64,000 bases of DNA, from the NCBI GenBank assembly GCA_964532425.1, contig CAZHIA010000006.1:65343-129342 (forward strand), given 5' to 3'. Position numbers and translations under genes: made by a program. Origin of the DNA: an uncultured Candidatus Saccharibacteria bacterium. Its GTDB lineage: Bacteria > Patescibacteriota > Doudnabacteria > UBA920. Each line of letters opens with the position of its first letter. Positions within the stretch are counted from its first letter, which is position 1. Positions 36,006 to 46,193 of the stretch are shown here, in pieces. The notes under the pieces were generated by a model. That model searched no databases. It worked only from the letters and a program-made list of their open reading frames with translations, and was not told the origin of the DNA.

Positions 36006-37160
36006 TCAATCATGATTACTCTGGTATTTGTTTTTCAGATATCTTTTATTTTTCAATTTTTCCGGTAAGTAGCTTTCTTTGGAGTATTTCTCATAGCCTT
36101 CGCCATATCCAAGCTCTTTCATGAGTTTAGTCGGCGCGTTGCGAATGTTCAAGGGGATAGGCAGATTGCCAAAGGTTTTCACGTCTTCTAAGGCTTCAAA
36201 ATAGGCGTCGTGGCTGCTTCTATCCTTTTTGCATTGGCAGAGGTAGGCTACGCCATGGGCTAAATTGATCTGGGCTTCTGGTAGGCCGATAATTTCGCAG
36301 GCGCGGAACACGGCGTTGGCCACCACGAGTGCTGTGGGCTGGGCCAGGCCAATGTCTTCACTGGCAAAAATAACCATGCGCCGGGCAATAAACTTTGGGT
36401 CTTCGCCAGAGTCGATCATGCGCGCGAGATAATACAAGGCCGCATCCGTCTGGCTGGCACGCATGGATTTAATGAAGGCAGAGATGGTGTTGTAATGCTC
36501 TTCCCCCTGCTTGTCGTAGCGTAGGAATTTTGATTGCAGGGTGTTCTTCAGATTTTCAATTGTGATCTTGTCGTACAGGCTCAAGGTATTCTCGAGCATG
36601 GTAATGGCCTGGCGGGCATCTCCATTAGCCATGGCAATCAGCCAGTCCTTGGCGTCTTTCTTCATTTTGATCTTGGTCTGCTCGATGACCTTGGCCATGT
36701 CTTCGCTGGATAGTTCTCGCAGGGTAAACACGCGGCAGCGCGATAGAAGCGCCGGGATAACTTCGAATGACGGATTTTCCGTGGTGGCCCCGATCAGGTA
36801 CAAGCGGCCGGTCTCTACGAACGGCAACAAAAAATCCTGCTGGGCTTTGTTGAAGCGGTGGATCTCATCCAAAAACAAGATCTTTGGCTTGCCGAAGAAC
36901 GAAGGCTGGTCCACGATCTTTTTAATGTCGTCTTTGCCGGCCGAGACGGCTGACAATTCGAAAAACTCGGCATCTACTGCCTTGGCATAAATTCTGGCCA
37001 GCGTGGTCTTCCCTACCCCGGGCGGTCCCCACAGGATAAAGCTGAACAGGTGTTTCTGCTCGATGGCGATCCTTAAAGGCTTATCGTTACCGACCAAATG
37101 TTCCTGGCCGACAAAGGTCTCTAGAGACGCTGGTCTGATTTTTGAGGCTAAGGGCTCCAT
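36006..37160 (-). CDS. rarA: replication-associated recombination protein A (AAA+ ATPase RarA/MgsA)
   Basis: Walker A GPPGVGKTT, Walker B LFLDEIHR, and the MgsA C-terminal helical domain. Confidence 0.85.
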   Translation of the reverse strand: MEPLASKIRPASLETFVGQEHLVGNDKPLRIAIEQKHLFSFILWGPPGVGKTTLARIYAKAVDAEFFELSAVSAGKDDIKKIVDQPSFFGKPKILFLDEIHRFNKAQQDFLLPFVETGRLYLIGATTENPSFEVIPALLSRCRVFTLRELSSEDMAKVIEQTKIKMKKDAKDWLIAMANGDARQAITMLENTLSLYDKITIENLKNTLQSKFLRYDKQGEEHYNTISAFIKSMRASQTDAALYYLARMIDSGEDPKFIARRMVIFASEDIGLAQPTALVVANAVFRACEIIGLPEAQINLAHGVAYLCQCKKDRSSHDAYFEALEDVKTFGNLPIPLNIRNAPTKLMKELGYGEGYEKYSKESYLPEKLKNKRYLKNKYQSNHD

Positions 37161-37351
37161 AATAAGAATGACAAGATTGAACAGGATTGATCAAGATTGC
37201 CAAGATTTATAATTACATAATCAGTGTACCGCAAAAGTACCTTAATTTCCACCATGGTATATGCGGTCGCTCAATAAAAAAGCATGTATCATTTTCGGCC
37301 TAAAGCGATACATGCCTAAGTGGAATGGGTGAAAGAGTTTTCAGACAGCCT

Positions 37352-37840
37352 CTAAGTGAGGTCTGCCACTGTCGGATTGGCTAATGTTTTATAATCATCA
37401 GATCGTAACGCTACCGAAAACCTCCGGTCGCCGGCATTGAAGATGATTTTTTCGTTTTCAAACAATTTGGCATCCGCGTATACCGGGAGATTAAATAAAT
37501 TGCCGAACGGGGGCACGCCACCTGGCAGAACTCCGCCGGTTAACTCCCCTACTTCGCTTTCCGTGGCAAACCGCAGTTTGCGGGTAGCCAGCTGCTGCTG
37601 GGCCTTCTCTGAATCGAATCGCAAGTGTGCTGGTACGACGATCATTACGAACCTGCCGTCTTGTGAATTGTTATAGGCTTTGACGATTAGGGCTTTGGCT
37701 CCTTGTTCCAGTGAATACCCGGTCCTGACTGCCGCAGCTTCTTCCGATGTCCTGACTGCCGCATGTTCAAAAGTTTCAAACCAGCAGTGGCGGTTCGACA
37801 AAATCTCAATAATTTGATTGGCTACGGGGTGGTAATTCAT
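37352..37840 (-). CDS. YbaK/ProX-type aminoacyl-tRNA deacylase
   Basis: GGVPPFG motif. About 160 aa. Confidence 0.65.
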   Translation of the reverse strand: MNYHPVANQIIEILSNRHCWFETFEHAAVRTSEEAAAVRTGYSLEQGAKALIVKAYNNSQDGRFVMIVVPAHLRFDSEKAQQQLATRKLRFATESEVGELTGGVLPGGVPPFGNLFNLPVYADAKLFENEKIIFNAGDRRFSVALRSDDYKTLANPTVADLT

Positions 37841-37908
37841 ATTTGTAAATATTCCTTTTTTTGACGGCCGTCAAAAAATGGAATATGGAAGGACTTAAGA
37901 AATGCCGA

Positions 37909-38610
37909 TTATTGGAATTTGAACGAGTCGACAATGCTTTCGAACTCATTGATAGATTGCCAGTCGTGCTCGCCCATGGCAGCATACCAGATATACTGGT
38001 TCTTATTGCGCTCGGTTTTGTAAACGATGATTTCGTCCATGCCCCCGCCGCCCACCGCGGTCATAATCTGCTTATCGTACGTGATGCCGTTTGAAACGGT
38101 TGTGGAGGTGGATATGAGTGTGCCATTGGGTGGCCGGAACTTGGTATTATTCATAAAGAGGTAAAAGACTGCACCGCTCGTGTTGACCATGCTGACTTCA
38201 AAATTATCGCGCGAACCTTTATAGGCCAGCTCTTTCGGCAGTTGAAACCCTAAGTTTTCCGTGGAGGTAACCTGGGTATCGACTGGTACGGAAAAAGTAA
38301 AACCGTATTCAGGGCTGGTGTAGGTGTTCCAGCCGGTTTGCATGTCTCTGGTGGTTACCGGTTTGCGGACCACTCGGTAGTTGATGTCGCCCGGCGGATA
38401 TTTAAAACTGGTTCGGTCTTGGATTGTAATGGTCTGAGGCAGCGGGTGGGAGGCTGTGGGTGTCTCTGCAGTCCCGGGAATGTTGGCGGGTTCGTTCTGG
38501 TACAACCAAAAAACCACCGCTAAGAGAACGGCGGCAAACCCCAAGAACAGATAGGTCTTGCCGTTCATGAAGCGGTAGTTTTTATGATGCGTTAAACCAG
38601 GGAAACTCAT
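37909..38610 (-). CDS. signal-anchored hypothetical protein
   Basis: N-terminal TM. T/S-rich extracytoplasmic region. Confidence 0.5.
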   Translation of the reverse strand: MSFPGLTHHKNYRFMNGKTYLFLGFAAVLLAVVFWLYQNEPANIPGTAETPTASHPLPQTITIQDRTSFKYPPGDINYRVVRKPVTTRDMQTGWNTYTSPEYGFTFSVPVDTQVTSTENLGFQLPKELAYKGSRDNFEVSMVNTSGAVFYLFMNNTKFRPPNGTLISTSTTVSNGITYDKQIMTAVGGGGMDEIIVYKTERNKNQYIWYAAMGEHDWQSINEFESIVDSFKFQ

Positions 38611-38616
38611 GGGCTG

Positions 38617-38991
38617 TTATCCTTGCTTTTGATTCACCACGTTGGACTTTTTGAACTTGACCGAGAAGACCGGCTCATAGGGAGTATCTTCATGGTCTTT
38701 GACCTGGACCGTCTCCCCTTTCATGAGCGTATTAATGGCGATGTCGGTCAGGAGTTCCTTGTCGATTTCCATATCCTTTTTGAGGCCCAGGAATTTCTCA
38801 TACTCCGAACCCATTTCAGCCTTCGTTTCTTCCTCGATCTGTTTCTTCCTCAATTGGTAGCCGCGAATTTTTTCGACGACTTCCCGGTATTCCTGCGACG
38901 AGCTTAGAGCATCTTTGTACATATCCTGGATCTGCTTGCGTTCGCGCTTAGTGCCTTGGATGCGGTTAAAGACTTCTTGTATGTGCTGCAT
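38617..38991 (-). CDS. hypothetical charged (K/E-rich) protein
   Basis: ORF with plausible coupling to the downstream gene. Confidence 0.45.
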   Translation of the reverse strand: MQHIQEVFNRIQGTKRERKQIQDMYKDALSSSQEYREVVEKIRGYQLRKKQIEEETKAEMGSEYEKFLGLKKDMEIDKELLTDIAINTLMKGETVQVKDHEDTPYEPVFSVKFKKSNVVNQKQG

Positions 38992-39036
38992 AATCTGTTT
39001 ATCTTGATATTTAATGTCTTATTTATTATACCATAC

Positions 39037-40110
39037 TCAACTCTTCGGAGTGCGGGGAGTGGTTGATTTGCTCATGCAATGTTCCCAGTACCGGATTCCT
39101 GCTGGAAGTTGTTTATTCCAGGTGTTCCAATTATGGGTGCCGCCGGTAAGGACGAGCGTGTGGATTACGCTGGTAGCGGCGAGCTGCTGGTCAAATTCCC
39201 GGTTCTCTTTGACCAGGCTTGGCCAGTCATACTTGCCCACCGCCTGGAATACACACAAGTTTTGTGGCAGCGTTAACTGTCCAAAATAGCGAGCCGGGCT
39301 TTGTGCATCCTTGGCTGATTGGTTATTGCCGAATACGGCATTCAATTGTCCCCGCCAATTGTCGAAATAGGCTCCATACGCCAGAATGCTCCCGTATATT
39401 TCAGGATGCCGGAGTCCCAGGTTTACCGCACCATAGCCTCCGGACGAATTGCCTCCTATGGCACGCCCGCTCGGATCGGAAAGTGTCCGGTATCTGTGTT
39501 CCGCGTCAGTCCGTATATCGGTGACTATAAAATCTTCCATCCGCTGCTGCGCAGTCGATGCATTCACATATTGGCTATCGGCAATTTTTGGACCATTGCC
39601 ATCCGGGAAGACAGCCAAGAATGGCCGTGCGTCCCTTGCTACAATCAGTTGGTTAAAGACCATGGCTGCATCGCCGTTGGCCGGCCAGTCGCGAAAATTT
39701 CCGGGATAGCCGTGAAGCAGATAGAGAACCGGATATCTGCGGTCCTTGTGCTCGTCATATCCTTCGGGAACATAGACTGCATAAGTGCTGGTGGCTTGCA
39801 GGGCGGAGCTGAAAAAACTCACTGTGTCGATGCGGCTGCCGCTTTTGGGCAGGTTTCGATGTTTGATTCCGTAATAAGTCTGGTATGCAGCTTGCTGGCC
39901 AACTACGAAGATCCTCGTTCCGAAAAAAATCAATAGCACCGCCGCTGCGGTAGTGAGCGCTATGGCTCGTTTGTGCTTTTTGTTGAATATGGTATACATA
40001 TTTTCAATGCAGGCATTCCCTGTGCGTGTATGCTTTGCCTGTTGCAGATGGTCAAATGTCAAATGTAAATTGTCAATTGTTATTGCTAATCTAGGGAGAA
40101 CAATGAGCAA
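39037..40110 (-). CDS. alpha/beta-hydrolase esterase (putative secreted)
   Basis: Nucleophile elbow GNSSGG. N-terminal anchor. YLLHGYPG motif of the esterase-D/'putative esterase' family. Confidence 0.7.
   Translation of the reverse strand: MLIVLPRLAITIDNLHLTFDHLQQAKHTRTGNACIENMYTIFNKKHKRAIALTTAAAVLLIFFGTRIFVVGQQAAYQTYYGIKHRNLPKSGSRIDTVSFFSSALQATSTYAVYVPEGYDEHKDRRYPVLYLLHGYPGNFRDWPANGDAAMVFNQLIVARDARPFLAVFPDGNGPKIADSQYVNASTAQQRMEDFIVTDIRTDAEHRYRTLSDPSGRAIGGNSSGGYGAVNLGLRHPEIYGSILAYGAYFDNWRGQLNAVFGNNQSAKDAQSPARYFGQLTLPQNLCVFQAVGKYDWPSLVKENREFDQQLAATSVIHTLVLTGGTHNWNTWNKQLPAGIRYWEHCMSKSTTPRTPKS
40050..40085. repeat. word-repeat element, copy c (single arm)
   Basis: GGTCAAATGTCAAATGTAAATTGTCAATTGT. 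Confidence 0.6.
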
Positions 40111-40152
40111 TTGAAATCTTCGATGATCTTACTCGAGAGCAGTTTATTTCCG

Positions 40153-41784
40153 TTATGTCATATGCGCTTGTGCCAGCGCTACCGCGATCTTTGGTAGCTC
40201 GGTTTCGCCCGGGTATATAAGGAATCGGGGCTGCCAGACAGGGTGAAATTTGGCTTTGAATGCCGCCAGACTCTGGTAATGATAGAGTTGGTTAAAATTT
40301 TTGTATAAGAAATCAACTGCTTTTTGAGCAAGCTGCGAGTCGGTGTGCGGGCTCTCGGTTTCCCTGGTGGCCAGCCCCAGACTCACTTGCCGGCAATCCC
40401 GGTTTTTAAAATATTCAATAGATTCGCAAAACGCGGCCTCGACAGTTCCGCTTGGTGCTAGTGGTGATTTGAGCATAAGGTCGAGCGCCATGGCTGTACC
40501 AAGATCGTATGGATAGTAGGAAAATGCCGCTACAATTTTTCCGTCAGTGCTGCCTGCCAGGAGCCAGCCGTCATCAAGCGGTGGGAACGGATAATAATGA
40601 GTCGAGAAGCCCATAGAACGGTTGTTGTGAGCGGTAAGCCAGTTGTGGTGCAGCGTCTCGATCTGGCTCAGCACCAGCCATGGTACTTCTGATAGTCGGT
40701 GCCATTGCCAAAGCAGGCCGCTGCGTCGGGCTGCTGCTGCGGCGTTCCTGACATTTTTCATAGCAGGGGTATTGAGATTAAATTCCGCGGTCTGCACGGC
40801 TGCGTCATCCCCGACCTTGAGGGCTTTCATGCCGAGCGATTTGTAATGTCCGAGATTGTGTTCGGCTACCAAATAAAAGACCACGCTTAATCCCCGCTGC
40901 TGCATGGCGGCATAAAATTCTTCTATAGCTCCCAGCCTCGCACCCTCGGGTCCTAAGGGGTCCCCCAGAGCTACCGCAGTGCCTTGGCGGATTTTGTAGG
41001 CTACTACCGATTCACGGTTTTGGGTAAAAAAATATCTTTTGTCGGGCATGAGCGATAAATAGGCGGTGGACAGAGAACCGTGGCGTCTTGCAAGTTCGAG
41101 TACTGCCGACTGTTCTGCTTCAGTTGGTGTGGATGGAAGCAGGTCCGGACCGAACAGAATGGCCACAATCGAAAGCAGGACTAGAATGCTAATTGCGGTG
41201 ATCGAATCTTGAAACCATAATGCCTGATGAGTGAGCGGGACGAGGGTATTGCTGCCGAGACCTGTGATGGTGTATATATAATCGGAAACGATGGTATGCC
41301 ATGAGATTGGCCGGGTAAATTGTCCTTGCAGGAGAAAATAGCCGGCGGTCGAATATACTCCTAAGAGCAAAAACAGTACCGCTCCCCTGCGAGCGCGCTG
41401 GACGAGGGTTAACCGGGCGCTGGCAATGGTGAATTCAAATCTGAAGGCAACCAAAAGAATGAGGGGGATGGCGGTTAACGATGCATCCTCAACATCAAAA
41501 CCTTTTATGATATGGAAGACCAGGGAGGCGGCAAGCAGGCTGACGGTGATGAACCAAGCCCTGCGCTTTTTATTCCAAATTCCGCGCGCGAGGAACAGCA
41601 AAAAGAAACCCGAGAGCACTGATAAGGTTTTTGATGCATGGCGTACAGCCAACGGAAACCCTTCTTCAAGCACTATGATTCGAGCCGGGATAACCGGATG
41701 GAAGGCGGAGAAAATATCCAGCAAACCGGCAGCAAATACAATGAGGCCGATAATGACGCTCGGACTGAACCTGATTTTTTTCAT
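40153..41784 (-). CDS. MprF-like aminoacyl-phosphatidylglycerol synthase family protein (multi-TM + DUF2156-like domain)
   Basis: About 7 N-terminal TM helices and a 300-aa C-terminal soluble domain. Family assignment by overall resemblance only. Confidence 0.45.
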   Translation of the reverse strand: MKKIRFSPSVIIGLIVFAAGLLDIFSAFHPVIPARIIVLEEGFPLAVRHASKTLSVLSGFFLLFLARGIWNKKRRAWFITVSLLAASLVFHIIKGFDVEDASLTAIPLILLVAFRFEFTIASARLTLVQRARRGAVLFLLLGVYSTAGYFLLQGQFTRPISWHTIVSDYIYTITGLGSNTLVPLTHQALWFQDSITAISILVLLSIVAILFGPDLLPSTPTEAEQSAVLELARRHGSLSTAYLSLMPDKRYFFTQNRESVVAYKIRQGTAVALGDPLGPEGARLGAIEEFYAAMQQRGLSVVFYLVAEHNLGHYKSLGMKALKVGDDAAVQTAEFNLNTPAMKNVRNAAAAARRSGLLWQWHRLSEVPWLVLSQIETLHHNWLTAHNNRSMGFSTHYYPFPPLDDGWLLAGSTDGKIVAAFSYYPYDLGTAMALDLMLKSPLAPSGTVEAAFCESIEYFKNRDCRQVSLGLATRETESPHTDSQLAQKAVDFLYKNFNQLYHYQSLAAFKAKFHPVWQPRFLIYPGETELPKIAVALAQAHMT

Positions 41785-41885
41785 ATGGGTACTATAACAA
41801 AAACAGTCGAATTACTGGAAATTTTTCCAACCGACTGCTTGTCAAGACTGTTTTTCGGAAAATTTTGTGGATAACTGGGACTTTC

Positions 41886-42380
41886 TTATTGAATTCCATT
41901 CGGAGTGGCGATTCGCATGCCGGCGCTCCAGGCACTGGTGTTCCTGCCGAGGCAGAACGTTAGGGAATACGACAGTCCGTCTGCAGGTGCTTCATACCAG
42001 TAGACATTGCCGCCTCTCTGGGTTTCTGATGCACAATTACCATCAGCGGGTTTAGGAGAACTCGGGATCATGGGCAGGTAATTTGGTACGAATGGTTCTT
42101 CAGAACCGTTGAAGGTGTTCGTATTATCCATGGCGGTGCCACCTGCGGCAACGGAGGCGGTGCCGGTAGGGTAGGTGCCGTGCTGAATCAGGAACTGATC
42201 GAGTGCGGTAATGGTTTGCCGTATATCGGCAGCACGTTTGGCATCCCGCGATTTTGAACGGGCATTGCTCACGGAGACCATGACGACTCCGGCGAGGACA
42301 CCGATAATTACTATCACGACTAGTATTTCTAATAACGTAAATCCGGATTCACTTCCGGGGTGCTGGGGAACTGTCAACAT
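41886..42380 (-). CDS. type IV pilin / pseudopilin (prepilin-type N-terminal methylation domain)
   Basis: G|FTLLEILVVIVIIGVLAG prepilin peptidase site plus hydrophobic helix. Confidence 0.85.
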   Translation of the reverse strand: MLTVPQHPGSESGFTLLEILVVIVIIGVLAGVVMVSVSNARSKSRDAKRAADIRQTITALDQFLIQHGTYPTGTASVAAGGTAMDNTNTFNGSEEPFVPNYLPMIPSSPKPADGNCASETQRGGNVYWYEAPADGLSYSLTFCLGRNTSAWSAGMRIATPNGIQ

Positions 42381-42418
42381 TTGTAATTTTGTTTATTTTC
42401 TATTTTTAGTATAGAACA

Positions 42419-43069
42419 TTATTGTAAAAACCGGAAATTTGTCAGTAGCGGAGAAACGGCTACTTGCTGCCTGAGGTAGTAAAGCTTGCCGCGGGCTAAT
42501 ACGGCGATGCCACTCTGGGATGCGGACCTGCCGCGAAAGCGGACCGCCGGCTGCCCGTCGACGGTGGTCTCGGCGACCGATATAACGGAAGGAGATTTTT
42601 TGAGCATGTTGGTAACTGACTGCAGTGTTTCCTGTGACGGAAGGTCATACATTTCCACATAGCCGTTCTTGCCACCCGGGCCTGAAAAAGAGACCATGTT
42701 CGGCTGCTGGTCTTGGTTTACCTGCCAGGTAGTCGGCAGCTGCAGTTGGAATCCGAAATTTGAATTGGAGTAAAGCATTGGCTGCTGAGGTGTCCGAACA
42801 GGGGCTGGCGAAGGTGCTACTGCGGCGGGGTTGGTCGTTGTTGCCGCCTGGGGCGGATTGCCATTGGCAACCGGCGTGGTGCTTGACTGCTCACCGAGCG
42901 GCGGAACAAATGCCTGGCGAATTTGATCTGCGGTGTCAGAAACTGCCGGTTCTGGTTGTTTATTGCGTTTCCAAAAGAACCATACCGCACCGGCGATAAT
43001 AAGCAGGCCAATGACCGCTAATATGATTGTGCGGACCGGGCTGGCGCCGGTCTCTCGTGCTTCTGCCAT
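42419..43069 (-). CDS. signal-anchored hypothetical protein
   Basis: Single N-terminal TM. P/T/Q-rich linker. Confidence 0.5.
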   Translation of the reverse strand: MAEARETGASPVRTIILAVIGLLIIAGAVWFFWKRNKQPEPAVSDTADQIRQAFVPPLGEQSSTTPVANGNPPQAATTTNPAAVAPSPAPVRTPQQPMLYSNSNFGFQLQLPTTWQVNQDQQPNMVSFSGPGGKNGYVEMYDLPSQETLQSVTNMLKKSPSVISVAETTVDGQPAVRFRGRSASQSGIAVLARGKLYYLRQQVAVSPLLTNFRFLQ

Positions 43070-43084
43070 GGGCGTGGAAATTTA

Positions 43085-43170
43085 AAGATTGAAGTATTTA
43101 ACATTTAAATATTGACTGCATATCATAGCATACATGACTGGATCTTTCAATCTTTAAATGTTAAATCTTG
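43085..43170. repeat. word-repeat element, divergent copy e
   Basis: TTAAAGATTGAAGTATTTAACATTTAAATATTGAC ... TTCAATCTTTAAATGTTAAATC. Shares the AACATTTAA..TTGAC word order. Confidence 0.5.
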
Positions 43171-43177
43171 TAATTGC

Positions 43178-43567
43178 TTATCGGCGTTGCAGGGCTTCGA
43201 GAGTATCGATGACCTTTTGTACTACGTCATCCAGTCCCCAATTGCTCTTTACGAGATACTCGACTCTCCCCCGCCCGGTAGCTTCATTGATCTGTTCGGG
43301 GTCGGAAAGGTTGCTCAGAATGAGTACCGGGACAGTATTGCCCCGCTTGTCTTCCCTCAGCTTCTTGAGCATCGTCAACCCGTCCATGCTGGGCATAATA
43401 ATATCCAAAATCACTAGGTCAGGTTTGTGTTTGAGCGCTGCGCGCAACCCTTCCAAGCCGTCATGGGCTTCAAGTACGTTAAAACCTTCCCTGCGGAATT
43501 TGTCCGCAAGGACCATGAGCAGTGCTGCCTCATCTTCCACTATAAGAATTTTTCTGGGTGCTGACAT
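43178..43567 (-). CDS. stand-alone response-regulator receiver
   Basis: ILIVEDE ... LVILDIIMP receiver motifs. No output domain. Confidence 0.85.
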   Translation of the reverse strand: MSAPRKILIVEDEAALLMVLADKFRREGFNVLEAHDGLEGLRAALKHKPDLVILDIIMPSMDGLTMLKKLREDKRGNTVPVLILSNLSDPEQINEATGRGRVEYLVKSNWGLDDVVQKVIDTLEALQRR

Positions 43568-43625
43568 ATGAAGCTGCCGGACGTAGAAGTCCGCTGTCGT
43601 TCGTTTGGGTTATGCTGATCTCAAC

Positions 43626-45305
43626 TCACTTGGCGACTTCCACCGGGAGTTCAATATAAAACACCGTCCCTTTATTTTCCCGCGACTTGAATGAAATTTT
43701 TCCTTTGCAGTAATCAAGAAATGATTTGACAAGGTAGAGCCCGAGACCCGAGCCTTCAGTATCCAGTTTGGCCGCGTTGTCGGCACGGAACAGTTTCGTA
43801 AAGACCTTGTTTTGCTGGTGTCTGGGAATACCATATCCCGTGTCTGCAACGGTTATGCGCAAAACAGGTTTCTTCCGCGCCTGTTTTGCTATGGAAATTT
43901 TCGTATTGATTGTTCCGCGGGACGGGGTATACTTTACCGCATTCGTGACGAGATTTTGCAAAACCAGGCGGATAACCTTTCGGTCCGACAGGATCGGTTT
44001 GAGATTTTTTGAAAAATCCATCTGGACACGCAGTTTCTTTTCCTTGATGATGGGGCTAATCTCTTTTACGATGTCCTCCAACAGCTCTTTGATACTTATG
44101 ACGGACAACTTGATAGTAAATGTTCCCAACTCTATGCGGGAGACATTTAAAAAGTCATAGACGAGTTCCACCATTTTTTGGTTGGCTTTATACACCGCTT
44201 GCAAATAGCGGCGTTGGTCCTTGGTTAGCCGCCCGATCTCCCCGCTGAGCAGGGCTTCGGCATACCAGTTGATCGCTGAGAGCGGGGTGCGCAGCTGATG
44301 GGAGACCAGGGAGATGAGTTCAGATTTGGTCTTGTCCATTTCCCGTTCCTTGGTTACGTCCCGGAAGACTTGGATGAATCCAATGATTTGGCCGTGGTAC
44401 ATGACCGGAGAAGCAGTGAGGACGACCGGGATCCGTGAGCCGTTTTTTTTCTGGTAAAAGACGTTCTTGGACTTGGTTTGCAGGAAGTGGTGTAGGGCCC
44501 GGTAAATGGGACGCTTGGCGTGTTCTATGGGTTGATGCTGCTCGTTCAGCATGGGTTCCGTGTCGAGCAGGAATTTGCCAATCAGCTCATCCTGGCGGCA
44601 TCCGAAGATCCGTTCGGCTTCCCGGTTGACGAGAATTATTTTCCCTTCCTTATCGGTCAGGAGAATGCCTTCTCCGATTGAATTGAGCAAAATTTCGTCC
44701 TTCACTTTATCTTGGCTGAGCAGGCTGCGATTTTGTTCGAGTTCAGTAGTGCGCTCCTTGAATTTGACCTTCAGTTGTTGATTTGCTTCTTGCAGGTTCC
44801 GGTTCAGGCGATTAATGGTGATTGCTTGTGCTGCGCCGTTTCCGATGAAAGTGCACAAGTCCTGTTCCTCGCTGGAAAAGTCATGATGGGAATTATAACA
44901 AATGACCAGCGTGCCATACGTCTTGTCGCGGTATGCAACGGGTATGACCGCTACGCTTTGCATATAGGCACGGGCATCGCCGCGTAAAAAGTCCGCTTGG
45001 GCGGCATCAGTGACCAGGAGCGGGGTTTTATTCTCAAAAACCCTGGCCATCACCCCGTGCTTGCGGGGAGCGGTCGGGGTATACGGGGTATTCTCGGTCT
45101 TATAGAGCCGCTTAAATTCTTCGTCTTTGGGCTCCTTGAACCAAGAGAATCCATAATTTGCACCCAAGACAGCCACGGCAGTTTTGACGAATTTGCTGGC
45201 AATAACCTGCTCGTCAGCCTCATTCACGCATTCGAGAATAACCTCATTGAGCAGAGTCAGTTTGTTGGAAATATGATTCATAAAAATTTGGGTCGCCGGT
45301 GGCAT
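43626..45305 (-). CDS. cytoplasmic sensor histidine kinase (GAF-PAS-HisKA-HATPase)
   Basis: H-box SHQLRTPL. DTGYGIP and GSGLGLYLV. The ORF opens at 45401, but the start was moved to avoid overlapping the upstream gene. Confidence 0.8.
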   Translation of the reverse strand: MPPATQIFMNHISNKLTLLNEVILECVNEADEQVIASKFVKTAVAVLGANYGFSWFKEPKDEEFKRLYKTENTPYTPTAPRKHGVMARVFENKTPLLVTDAAQADFLRGDARAYMQSVAVIPVAYRDKTYGTLVICYNSHHDFSSEEQDLCTFIGNGAAQAITINRLNRNLQEANQQLKVKFKERTTELEQNRSLLSQDKVKDEILLNSIGEGILLTDKEGKIILVNREAERIFGCRQDELIGKFLLDTEPMLNEQHQPIEHAKRPIYRALHHFLQTKSKNVFYQKKNGSRIPVVLTASPVMYHGQIIGFIQVFRDVTKEREMDKTKSELISLVSHQLRTPLSAINWYAEALLSGEIGRLTKDQRRYLQAVYKANQKMVELVYDFLNVSRIELGTFTIKLSVISIKELLEDIVKEISPIIKEKKLRVQMDFSKNLKPILSDRKVIRLVLQNLVTNAVKYTPSRGTINTKISIAKQARKKPVLRITVADTGYGIPRHQQNKVFTKLFRADNAAKLDTEGSGLGLYLVKSFLDYCKGKISFKSRENKGTVFYIELPVEVAK

Positions 45306-45328
45306 CCCGGCGACCGTGTTCTGGTACC

Positions 45329-46102
45329 TTACTGTTTTTCGAACGGTATGATGACATACCGGTCGATGTCGAACATGGTCTCCTTGCGCAGCTCGTCGCA
45401 TGCGCGCATGGTATGCCCGAACGTTTCTGGGTAAAATTGGAAGTTGCGAAACGTTGAATCTGGGCCAGGTTTCCTGCTGGGGTTGAGGTCTTTAGTCGAT
45501 TCCGCAAGCAGGAAATGTCCTCCGCGTTTAAGGAGCGGGACGACTTGTTGCCGGAGGCAAAATGCAAGCTCTTCGTCGTTTCTGATGTGCGGGCCGAGGC
45601 GTTCCCAGGTAATAAGGTCAAAGCTTTCTTCTTCAAACCTGCTGCATAGTTCGTGCGCGCCTCCGACTCCGAAGTTGCTGACATAGTCGCCGAGTCCTTT
45701 ACTCATGAGGTAGGAGTGTAGGAAATCGACGATTGCGGGGCAGATGTCCTGTCCGAAACACTCGCCGCCGGTGCTGAGGGCTAGGCCCAGATATTCGACA
45801 ACACGGCGGATACCGTTCGCTACTATCAGAATCCTGACCTTGTCTTTACCGGCAAGGCAGGCAGCCGCTACTTTGAATATTTCGTCTGAAAGTTCCTGCT
45901 CCTGCTGTTCGCAGTATTGCCGGATCTCCGGACGATGGATATCCTCTGCCAACCAGTGTGCAGGACCCCCCATAAACCAGATCAGGCGGTTAAAGCGGTA
46001 CTGCCAACGTTCGACGACTTCTTCCTGGTCGATTTTGACATACGGGGTAACCGTGAGCTCGTTTGCGGGGGCCTGGATGAACTGCAACCAGTGCTTGCCC
46101 AT
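45329..46102 (-). CDS. hypothetical protein (possible class I methyltransferase fold)
   Basis: Weak GxGxG-like and acidic-loop patterns. Low certainty. Confidence 0.35.
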   Translation of the reverse strand: MGKHWLQFIQAPANELTVTPYVKIDQEEVVERWQYRFNRLIWFMGGPAHWLAEDIHRPEIRQYCEQQEQELSDEIFKVAAACLAGKDKVRILIVANGIRRVVEYLGLALSTGGECFGQDICPAIVDFLHSYLMSKGLGDYVSNFGVGGAHELCSRFEEESFDLITWERLGPHIRNDEELAFCLRQQVVPLLKRGGHFLLAESTKDLNPSRKPGPDSTFRNFQFYPETFGHTMRACDELRKETMFDIDRYVIIPFEKQ

Positions 46103-46193
46103 GTTCTTTTATGCTCCTCCTTCATGCTTTGTTTCTCAGCTGATACCCTCTTGCGAAGGTCTTGGTCCCAGTATACCAGAAGCAGTCCCTTTT